Positions 56,274 through 63,938 of a stretch of DNA of 64,000 nucleotides are shown here, piece after piece (position 1 is the stretch's first letter; each line of letters starts with the position of its first letter). The notes under the pieces are model-generated. The model was given only the letters and a program-made list of their open reading frames with translations, did not search any database and had not been told where the DNA came from. The DNA is from a virus. The translations under genes and the position numbers were made by a program. The stretch covers positions 1-64,000 of the IMG/VR virus record IMGVR_UViG_3300033182_000487; one strand, 5' to 3'.

Positions 56274-56369
56274 ATGACCCCCTCAGACCACAAAGCCCTG
56301 ATCCGGCTGGCGAGCACCCTTCCTGATGGGGACCGCCTTCGCCGTGCGATCCTGCGGAGCGTGAAGTAG
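56274..56369 (+). CDS. 31-aa micro-protein that is tag A alone (not in ORF track)
   Basis: MTPSDHKALIRLASTLPDGDRLRRAILRSVK; GAGG RBS; own class L motif. Confidence 0.7.
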   Translation: MTPSDHKALIRLASTLPDGDRLRRAILRSVK

Positions 56370-56397
56370 GGGGGTCTGATCTCCCCGCGAACGGGTA
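56370..56397 (+). promoter_or_regulatory. Class M promoter motif
   Basis: GGGGGT-N17-GGGTA. Confidence 0.65.
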
Positions 56398-56406
56398 AGC
56401 CACTCC

Positions 56407-57129
56407 ATGCGAGAGTGGTTGACCAACGCCCTGCTGGACTCTGCTGAGTCCGTCCCCGAAGAAGCCGAAGGCTACGTCCTCGGACGAGGCTTGCCGTATC
56501 GACTGATGGAGGAGATGCGGGTGGGCATCTGGCGCTGGCCGGAAGCCCCGTGCCCCGACGACACCTTCCTCAAGCGGCATGGGGACAAGGGCTTCCAGGT
56601 GGATGGTTGGCTCTCGATCCCTCTGTGGTCACCGCGAGGTCGGATCGTCGGTGTCGAGTTCCGCCGCTGGGACGGCGAGAAATCCGTGTCGAAGTACTTC
56701 CTTCCCGACACGTCCTGGTCCCCGGTGTTCGCGGGCATGACCCCATCGACACTCAACCGCATCTGGAAGGGCGGGGACATCTGGCTCGTCGAGGGGGTCT
56801 TTGATCTCGCTCTGGCCCACGCTGTGCCACGCAAGGACGTGGTGCTCTCGTGCGGGGGTGCCAAGATCACGCCCAACCAGGTGGCCTTCATCCAGCGGTT
56901 CCTTGATCCTCGTGCGATGGTCCACGTCGCCTTCGACATGGACGAGACGGGACGCAAGATGGCCCTCGGCTACCAGCACCCGGACACCGGACGTCGGGTC
57001 TGGGGTGTGGTCGAGCGACTGGAGCGTGTAGGCGTCCGATGCCGCGACGTCCAGTACCGTGGCAAAGACCCCGGCGATGTTTGGGAGGTTGGGGGATCTG
57101 CTGGTTTGCGCCGTGCCTTCCGCCTGTAG
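56407..57129 (+). CDS. DnaG-type primase core (TOPRIM) without zinc-binding domain
   Basis: YVLGRG, IPLWSPRGRIVG, SKYF, LVEGVFD, AFDMDETG, KDPGD. Confidence 0.8.
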   Translation: MREWLTNALLDSAESVPEEAEGYVLGRGLPYRLMEEMRVGIWRWPEAPCPDDTFLKRHGDKGFQVDGWLSIPLWSPRGRIVGVEFRRWDGEKSVSKYFLPDTSWSPVFAGMTPSTLNRIWKGGDIWLVEGVFDLALAHAVPRKDVVLSCGGAKITPNQVAFIQRFLDPRAMVHVAFDMDETGRKMALGYQHPDTGRRVWGVVERLERVGVRCRDVQYRGKDPGDVWEVGGSAGLRRAFRL

Positions 57130-57157
57130 GGGGGTCATCGGAGCGCCCCGACGGGTA
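57130..57157 (+). promoter_or_regulatory. Class M promoter motif
   Basis: GGGGGT-N17-GGGTA. Confidence 0.65.
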
Positions 57158-57196
57158 AGGATGAAGGACCGAGAACACCTACGACAGGAGGGCCCA

Positions 57197-57667
57197 ATGG
57201 CCGTAGACATCTGGAAAGCCAACGACGAAGTACACGCGAAGATCGCGGAACTGATCGGACAGAACCACCCCGACCTCGCACTGGTCTCCGACGAGATCGT
57301 CGTCGTGTTCCGCGAGAAGGCGGGCAAGAGCGGAGGACAGGTCGTCCTCGGCAACAGCAAGAAGGTCGCGGCCATCGCCAACGCCATCGGCAACACCGAC
57401 TACAAGTTCGTGCTGGAGGTCGCTGCCGACCAGTGGGAGCACGAGTTGACCTCCCGCCAGCAGGAGGCCCTGCTCGACCACCTGCTCACCGCCTGCCGCT
57501 GCGAGGAAGACCCGAAGTCGGGCAACCTCAAGTGCAGCGTGGCGAAGCCGGACATCATGGCCTTCCGCGAGAACGTGGAGCGGTACGGCATGTGGTTCCC
57601 GGTCGAGGAGAAGGAAGACGAGGGGCCGTCGCCCGTCGAGGAAATGTTCGGCGTCGATTCCGAGTAG
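57197..57667 (+). CDS. Phage metallopeptidase-like protein (degenerate HExxH)
   Basis: HPDL, VLG, FVLEV, ALLDHLLTA, PDIMAFRENVERYG. Confidence 0.65.
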   Translation: MAVDIWKANDEVHAKIAELIGQNHPDLALVSDEIVVVFREKAGKSGGQVVLGNSKKVAAIANAIGNTDYKFVLEVAADQWEHELTSRQQEALLDHLLTACRCEEDPKSGNLKCSVAKPDIMAFRENVERYGMWFPVEEKEDEGPSPVEEMFGVDSE

Positions 57668-57676
57668 GAGGGGACC

Positions 57677-59119
57677 ATGGCCCTCGACACGAAGTATCGG
57701 CCCCAGACCTACGGACAGGTGCTGGGTCAGGAGGCCGCTGTGGCCGTCCTGCGGCAGTTCGTTGTCGAGGGCCGTGGATTCCATCAGTCCTACGTCTTCT
57801 GCGGACAGCACGGTTCCGGCAAGACCACCCTGGGGAGGCTCCTCGCCAGGGCCTTGCTGTGCGAGGCTCCCGTTGATGGGGAGCCTTGTGACCAGTGCTC
57901 GTCCTGCACGACCTTCCTGAGCGGCGACGTCCACGAGTGCTTCGTGGAACTGGATGCGGCAACGAAGTCCGGGAAGGCTGATCTCGCTCGCATCCTGGAG
58001 GACATCCAGTACTCCACGGTGTCGGGCAAGCGCCGCATCTACCTGTTCGACGAGTCCCATCGGTTGTCGAAGCAGGCGCTCGACGCCCTGTTGAAGCCGA
58101 TGGAGGACAACGTGCTGGGGTCGGAGGACAAGCGGCTCGTTTGCATCTTCTGCACCACCGAGCCGGACAAGATGGTCAGCACCATCTTCTCTCGCTGCGC
58201 CCCGGCCTTCGTGATCCGCTCCGCACCCCACGCGGAGATCGTGAAGCGGTTGGGGTGGATCTGCGAGCAGGAAGGCATCGAGGCTGACCCCGAGGCACTG
58301 GAACTGATCGTCGAGCAGTCGGAGTCCCACATCCGGGATGCGCTCAAGATGGTCGAGGGCGTGTCGATGCTGGGTGGGGTGACGCGGGAGAACGCGGCCA
58401 CCTACCTCCAGGTGGGGTCCAACGACGGGGTGTTGGACCTTCTGGATGCTCTGGGGTCTGACCTCTCGGCAGCGGTCGAACGCGCCACCAGCCTCTCGCG
58501 AGAGGTGAGCCCAGCCTCCGCTTACGAGCGTCTGGCCGAGGCTGCTATGCTGGCTTACCGGGTCCACCTCGGTGTGGCCGGACGAGTCCCGGCGAAGTGG
58601 GACGCGGAGAAGGTGGAGGTTTTGTCCTCACAGGGGTCTGCATGGTTGAATGTGGCTACTCGTTTCGCCGCACCCCCACACCGACCGACGAGACAGACAC
58701 TGGTGCTGGACGTTGCGACCGCGCACCACTTTTTCGGGGGTCAACTGCATCCACAGGCGGGGGGGATCCCCCTGCCACACCCCCCGCCTTCGGTTCCTAC
58801 GGCTTCCCCGCCCCCGTCCACCAGAGAAACCCGAACACCGTCAACACCTTGTGATCCTCCCGTGGGTAATGTCGGACATGCTTCCACAGACTCCTCAGCA
58901 CACCTCACCTCCTCCAACGTCTGGGTTGACCCCAGAGCGGTTGGTGGTGGTCCGCAGGATCGTGCTGCTCCCACCTCCAACCCAACCGCCCCTACCGGGT
59001 TGCACGTCCTCAATCCGAACGTCTTCCGTGAGTTGGTGCAGCACCACCTGCGGAGGCTGAGGCGTGGACGCACGGGATCAGACAACATGGGTGGTGCTGG
59101 AACTCAGCCATCATGGTGA
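57677..59119 (+). CDS. dnaX: DNA polymerase III gamma/tau subunit
   Basis: KYRPQ, GQHGSGKTT, CDQCSSC, ELDAA, DESHRLS, ALLKPMED, SRC. Confidence 0.92.
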   Translation: MALDTKYRPQTYGQVLGQEAAVAVLRQFVVEGRGFHQSYVFCGQHGSGKTTLGRLLARALLCEAPVDGEPCDQCSSCTTFLSGDVHECFVELDAATKSGKADLARILEDIQYSTVSGKRRIYLFDESHRLSKQALDALLKPMEDNVLGSEDKRLVCIFCTTEPDKMVSTIFSRCAPAFVIRSAPHAEIVKRLGWICEQEGIEADPEALELIVEQSESHIRDALKMVEGVSMLGGVTRENAATYLQVGSNDGVLDLLDALGSDLSAAVERATSLSREVSPASAYERLAEAAMLAYRVHLGVAGRVPAKWDAEKVEVLSSQGSAWLNVATRFAAPPHRPTRQTLVLDVATAHHFFGGQLHPQAGGIPLPHPPPSVPTASPPPSTRETRTPSTPCDPPVGNVGHASTDSSAHLTSSNVWVDPRAVGGGPQDRAAPTSNPTAPTGLHVLNPNVFRELVQHHLRRLRRGRTGSDNMGGAGTQPSW

Positions 59120-59603
59120 GCGAGCCGCCGAGGAGGGGATCCTTGAAGAAATCCTCCGTGATCACGCGGACCTGGACTACGACCACCCGATCTTCATCCC
59201 GTACCTGACCTACACCTACCAGGGGAAGCGGACCCTGCTCTCCGTCATGGAGGGCTACGTCTTCGTGGCGTCTGGCTTCGACGACGCCAGCCGCGACCAC
59301 TTTGCCCGATCCCCCTACATCAAGAAGATCCTCACCCGAGGGGCCAACCACTACTCCCCCTACGAGACCGTATCTCAGGCTTCGGTGGACTCTTTGCGCC
59401 ACCGACTACGCGAACTGATGGCGGTCGAGATCCGGGAGGGGATGGAGGTCCGTATTGTGGATGGGCCACTCAGTGGTATAAGTGGGAGCGTGGTGGGGGT
59501 GTTTGATACACATGCGACCCTCCTCGTAGAGATGCGGTCCATACGCGCCATCCAATATCTTCCGTGCTTCCTCCTACGACCCGTGAGTGACGAGCATGAG
59601 TAA
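59064..59603 (+). CDS. nusG: NusG-family transcription factor
   Basis: NGN domain (WVVL, MEGYVFV) and KOW (GMEVRIVDGPLSGISG). Confidence 0.8.
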   Translation: MDARDQTTWVVLELSHHGERAAEEGILEEILRDHADLDYDHPIFIPYLTYTYQGKRTLLSVMEGYVFVASGFDDASRDHFARSPYIKKILTRGANHYSPYETVSQASVDSLRHRLRELMAVEIREGMEVRIVDGPLSGISGSVVGVFDTHATLLVEMRSIRAIQYLPCFLLRPVSDEHE

Positions 59604-60237
59604 CTATTGGTGCAGCCACATTGTCTTAGACCCCTCCGACATCGAGCGCATGTTCTCCAACGAGGACGGCCTCTCCACCTTCCCCGGCTCCACGGAGGAA
59701 CTCTCGGACGAGAGCAAGGCCGAGTTGGAGCAGGTCAAGGGGGTGCTGGACCAGATCCCTCCCCGCGAAGCGGACTTCGTCGAACTCTACTTCTTCCAGC
59801 GCATCCGGCAGACCACCATCGCCTCGCTGTTCAACATCAGCCAGCCAACCGTCTGCTACCGCCTGCAACGAGCCGCAGCCCGGATCCGCTACCTCCTCGA
59901 CATGCCCAAGTACGACCCGTGGTTGATGGAGCAAGACCTCCGGGGCGTCCTCACTGACCCGAAGGACATCCAGATCATGATGGGCATGGTCGCCACGACC
60001 TGCCAGAGCGAGGTCGCGAAGGAACTCGGGGTCACGCAGGGCTTCGTCCGCCATCGGTACTTCCGCACCATCGGACGGCTCCAGAAGATGCGGGGGATGG
60101 AGCAGTACGTCCGGGTCTTTGAGCACGTCGCGGCGAACCTCAACATCCTCAAGGAGACCCACAGGTCGAAGTGGTCGGAGCCTGTGATCTACGTCGTCTC
60201 CGAGCACCCGACAGCGGTCGAAGCACAGCCCGCGTAG
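59596..60237 (+). CDS. Protein with two sigma region-4-like HTH domains
   Basis: IPPREADFVELYFF...QTTIASLFNISQPTV; CQSEVAKELGVTQGFV. Confidence 0.75.
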   Translation: MSNYWCSHIVLDPSDIERMFSNEDGLSTFPGSTEELSDESKAELEQVKGVLDQIPPREADFVELYFFQRIRQTTIASLFNISQPTVCYRLQRAAARIRYLLDMPKYDPWLMEQDLRGVLTDPKDIQIMMGMVATTCQSEVAKELGVTQGFVRHRYFRTIGRLQKMRGMEQYVRVFEHVAANLNILKETHRSKWSEPVIYVVSEHPTAVEAQPA

Positions 60238-60245
60238 GGGTAGGT

Positions 60246-60260
60246 CGGTAGTCGCTCTAT
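60246..60260 (+). promoter_or_regulatory. Class L promoter motif
   Basis: CGGTAgtcgctCTAT. Confidence 0.65.
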
Positions 60261-60293
60261 TCCATTTCTCCTGTGAGACTTTGGAGCGAGAGC

Positions 60294-60614
60294 ATGGAAG
60301 ACACGAAGACCGTATCTGTCCGCCGGGTCGCGATGGCGAAGCGGCTTGCGGCGAAGTGGATCCGATCTCACGCAGAGCCCGAGTACCGTCTCACGGTCTA
60401 CCGGGGGTCAGGTCGTGAGTCCCGGAATCTGCCCGGACTGCTGCGGTCGTTCCGTGACGGCAAGATCAAGATCGCCGCGACCGAGCCAGTCCGCGACATG
60501 GGCATCAAGGCGGCCTTCGACCACATCACTGTCTGGTCGAAGGACAGGGAGGGGCTCCAGCGCCTCTCTGATGCCCTCCAGAAGATGGGCTGCGAAACCA
60601 CAGGGGTCTTCTGA
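60294..60614 (+). CDS. Hypothetical late protein
   Basis: RRVAMAKRLAAKW N-terminus. Confidence 0.7.
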   Translation: MEDTKTVSVRRVAMAKRLAAKWIRSHAEPEYRLTVYRGSGRESRNLPGLLRSFRDGKIKIAATEPVRDMGIKAAFDHITVWSKDREGLQRLSDALQKMGCETTGVF

Positions 60615-61042
60615 TGGCAGCGTCCCTCGCCCAGTCTGAGTTCGTCTACAGGTCGGGCACGAGCCCGGACATCTACACGTTCACCATCGTTTCCGATTCC
60701 CAGGGGAACCTGTCGGTGCGGGACATCGAAGACCCCTATGGGTTCGTGATCTCGCCGTACACCCAGATCCCGCAGAGCGTGACCGCCGACATCTCCTCTG
60801 CCATGTCAGCCGTGGAGACTATTTTGGCACTCACATCAGCCGTCAACGGCACCCTGACCTTCACCGCTGAGACATCGAAGTCCGTGACCTTCGCCGAGGC
60901 GTTCGCCGACACCTCGTACCGAGTCCAGACGACCTCCGATGTCTTCGCCCCCTTCCGCATCACAAACAAGACCGTCCTGGGCTTCACCATCCAGGCCGGA
61001 GCCACCATCACCGGGACCGTCGGGTACGACGTCTTCGTGTGA
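60614..61042 (+). CDS. Putative structural protein with beta-sandwich C-terminus
   Basis: VTFAEAFADTSYRV, ITNKTVLGFTI. Confidence 0.7.
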   Translation: MAASLAQSEFVYRSGTSPDIYTFTIVSDSQGNLSVRDIEDPYGFVISPYTQIPQSVTADISSAMSAVETILALTSAVNGTLTFTAETSKSVTFAEAFADTSYRVQTTSDVFAPFRITNKTVLGFTIQAGATITGTVGYDVFV

Positions 61043-61045
61043 TCA

Positions 61046-61060
61046 CGGTAGCGAGCCTAT
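61046..61060 (+). promoter_or_regulatory. Class L promoter motif
   Basis: CGGTAgcgagcCTAT. Confidence 0.65.
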
Positions 61061-61089
61061 GCCCCCGTGGGGGTGACTGGAGATTCACA

Positions 61090-63018
61090 ATGACCACACT
61101 CCCCATCGAGCGTACTGCTTCGACCTTGCGCAAGGTCAAGTCCATCCTTCGTCGGTCGGGCCTTCTGGACAAGGTTGAACTTGGCGGACGAGGCAGCGAT
61201 TGGAACGTCGAGGCTCCCGATGGGACGATCCAAGAGCAGGTTTCCGACGCGCTCCGCAAAGCCGGGATCAACGTCGGCGGCTACCGCACCGGATACGGCG
61301 CATGGGTCTTGAGCGAGTCGTACCAGACCGACGACTACGACTTCAACAACCCGGCGAGCCGCAGCCACTACGCCTCGGATCACCTGCCTGTCGAAACCCG
61401 CACCGCCGCGTCGTTCTTCGACATGTTCTTCAAGGAGAAGAACGTCCCGTACAAGGTCTTCGACGTGACGGACTCGCAGGGGATCACGCACAGCATCCCC
61501 AACGAGGTCGTGATCAACATGATCAAGCAGACCCGTGGCCGCGAGAAGGCGAAGATCGAGGAGACGCTTCGCATGATCGACTTCAAGAACGGGGATGTGA
61601 ACCACTACCTCCAGCACCTCGCTCGCGGTCTGGCCGAGCAGTACAGCGGAACTCTCCGCTTCGCTTCCGAGCAGCAGGCCGAGAAGTTTGAAGCCGAGGC
61701 CGAAGCCGCCGAGGCACAGGCCGAAGCCGACCGCCAGAAGGCCGATGCCTCCCGCTTGAAGGCGGCGGGTCTTGGACCTGTCGCCCAGACCATCCTTGAC
61801 CAGATGGGTGGCAATCGAGTTCTGGCGATGCTTGGGGTCAACCGCCTTGTTGATCTCCGCAACGGCATCGGGATCGGCTGGCCCAACCGCCAGCGGTCGA
61901 AGGGCAACTACGTCGAGATCATGCTCAACGGGAAAGACCTGTACGACATGACCTTCTACAACCTCTCCATGCGGGGGAAGAAGAAGGTCAAGGAGTTCAA
62001 GGATCTCTACAACGACTCGCTGGCCGATACCTTTGAGGGTCAGACGGGGTGGTATCTCCGCATGGCGTCCGACAAGGCCGCTGCTGGTGGCCTCTACGGC
62101 TACACGAAGGGCACCCAGCGGGACGTGGAAGCGTCCATCCGCAAGGCCCAGCGCCGTGCCGCCAGCATCGCCAAGACCCTCTACGCGAAGGACGAGCGGA
62201 GCGTGGACTTCTTGAAGGCCCACGCGAAGCGGGCCAACAGCAAGACCGCTCGCCTGATCCTGGCTGCCATGAAGACCATCGGACCCCGCGTGGCGTCCGA
62301 GACGCTTCCGAGCGAGCGTCATGCCTCGATCTACCACGCCTCTGAGCAGGAGCAGTTGGAGTACGTCGTCGATGCTCTCCGTCTGGCGGGTGAGCAGGGA
62401 CTCCGTGTGGACGGCCTCCCCCGCAAGGGTGCCCTGGCCGCTCAGAGCAAGGGCCTTGCCGACGCCGAGCGCGGCTACCTCTACATCACCCGGAAGGGTC
62501 GGAACGTCCGCATGGCTGCCGAGGAGAAGGTCGCTGGTGGCCTCTACGGCTACCCCACGAAGACCGCCCGTCTCGCACTGGTCGCTTGCTCCGACCTCCG
62601 CGCCTACGTCGGCGAGGTTGCCTACGGGCTGCACAGCCGCCGCACGGCCCGGTACGACCGGATCACCGGCTTCCTCAAGGAGCACGGCAAGACCGCGAAG
62701 TGCGCCTACTCCCGCATGATCCTCGACTGCTACCCCGACGCTCCGGTGTCGAAGCAGGCGAAGGAGGAGTACCCCTGGCCCGAGTGCATCGCTGACCAGG
62801 AGAAGCAGTACGGCAGCAAGGAGACCGCCGAGAAGGTCTGCGGCAAGATCAAGGCTCAGTCGCAGGGCAAGAGCGCAGGGGCCAAGGACTATGGGATCAT
62901 GGGGGGCAAGTTGGCCTCCAGCGAGATGCTCAAGAAGGCGTTCGTTCCTGACTCGGTGGACGGCTGGCTGGAGTGGGAGGACGGCTCCCGTACCGCTGCC
63001 ACCCGACGCCGTGGTTGA
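61090..63018 (+). CDS. Late multi-module polyprotein
   Basis: GGAG RBS before ATG 61090; small modules separated by [K/R]-x-A linkers; internal GGLYGY repeat. Confidence 0.8.
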   Translation: MTTLPIERTASTLRKVKSILRRSGLLDKVELGGRGSDWNVEAPDGTIQEQVSDALRKAGINVGGYRTGYGAWVLSESYQTDDYDFNNPASRSHYASDHLPVETRTAASFFDMFFKEKNVPYKVFDVTDSQGITHSIPNEVVINMIKQTRGREKAKIEETLRMIDFKNGDVNHYLQHLARGLAEQYSGTLRFASEQQAEKFEAEAEAAEAQAEADRQKADASRLKAAGLGPVAQTILDQMGGNRVLAMLGVNRLVDLRNGIGIGWPNRQRSKGNYVEIMLNGKDLYDMTFYNLSMRGKKKVKEFKDLYNDSLADTFEGQTGWYLRMASDKAAAGGLYGYTKGTQRDVEASIRKAQRRAASIAKTLYAKDERSVDFLKAHAKRANSKTARLILAAMKTIGPRVASETLPSERHASIYHASEQEQLEYVVDALRLAGEQGLRVDGLPRKGALAAQSKGLADAERGYLYITRKGRNVRMAAEEKVAGGLYGYPTKTARLALVACSDLRAYVGEVAYGLHSRRTARYDRITGFLKEHGKTAKCAYSRMILDCYPDAPVSKQAKEEYPWPECIADQEKQYGSKETAEKVCGKIKAQSQGKSAGAKDYGIMGGKLASSEMLKKAFVPDSVDGWLEWEDGSRTAATRRRG

Positions 63019-63107
63019 CAGGAGGGTGAGAAGCGGTCGCTTCCACACTCCCATCCCCACCCCGAAGACATTGACGAATGGAACCCCGTGATCGAGGACG
63101 ACGAGAC

Positions 63108-63938
63108 ATGAGCCAGCACCAGCGCGACAAGCAGGCGTACTTGAACGCCACACCCATGCAGCGGGAAGTGGTGCGTCGGCTCCTGTGCGACGTGCTGGCG
63201 TGTTTGAGAGCGCAGTATCTCTCGTACCAGACCTCGCACTGGCAGGTCGTCGGACAGTCCTTCTACGGCAACCACCTGCTGTTTGAGCGGCTGTACTCGT
63301 CCGTCCTGCTCCAGATCGACTCCCTCGCCGAGAAGTTGGTCGGCTACCTCGGGCGTGACGTCGTTGACCTCTCCGGCCAGTTGGAGAAGATCTGGGAGTA
63401 CACCTCGGTGTGGACGCAGATCGACTGCCACCACAAGCGAGGCATCCGGTCAGAGCAGGACATCCAGGCCGCGCTCCAGCGTGCCTACGACGGGATCAAG
63501 CAGGCCAAGGCGATGACCCTGGGCCTCGACGACTGGATCATGGCCACGGCCAACATCCACGAGGAGAACGAGTACCTCCTCCAGCAGGCGCTGACCCCAG
63601 TGCCCGGACAGAAGCGGGCATCGACCGACGAGGGCTACTTCTACGACGCCCCCGACCACCACGTCGTCCTGGACTTCGCAAAGAGCCGCGCCATCACCAA
63701 CGATGTGGATGTCGCCAAAGACGCTGCCGCCGAAGATCACCTCGACATTCCCGAATCACAGGCTGTCACCGAAGCCGAGGAAGCCCCGCCTCTCCCGACG
63801 GAGATCGCGCAGGAGCCTGGTGGCGCATCCGTTTCCACGCTGAATCAGTACGTCATCACGTCGGAAGACCCCGTGGCTGAGAAGGCTGTCGCCATGAACA
63901 AGGCCCACATGGCCGCATGGCTCAAGGAGTTGACCTGA
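63108..63938 (+). CDS. Dps/ferritin-like protein with acidic C-terminal extension
   Basis: SHWQVVGQSFYGNHLLFERLY...IDSLAEK. Confidence 0.75.
   Translation: MSQHQRDKQAYLNATPMQREVVRRLLCDVLACLRAQYLSYQTSHWQVVGQSFYGNHLLFERLYSSVLLQIDSLAEKLVGYLGRDVVDLSGQLEKIWEYTSVWTQIDCHHKRGIRSEQDIQAALQRAYDGIKQAKAMTLGLDDWIMATANIHEENEYLLQQALTPVPGQKRASTDEGYFYDAPDHHVVLDFAKSRAITNDVDVAKDAAAEDHLDIPESQAVTEAEEAPPLPTEIAQEPGGASVSTLNQYVITSEDPVAEKAVAMNKAHMAAWLKELT

Noticed and set aside
8141-63153. Long antisense or alternate-frame ORFs (e.g. 8141..9610+, 13073..14818-, 34548..36185+, 51802..53421-, 61057..63153-)
   Set aside because: They shadow well-supported genes, as expected from high-GC codon bias, and have no motifs.
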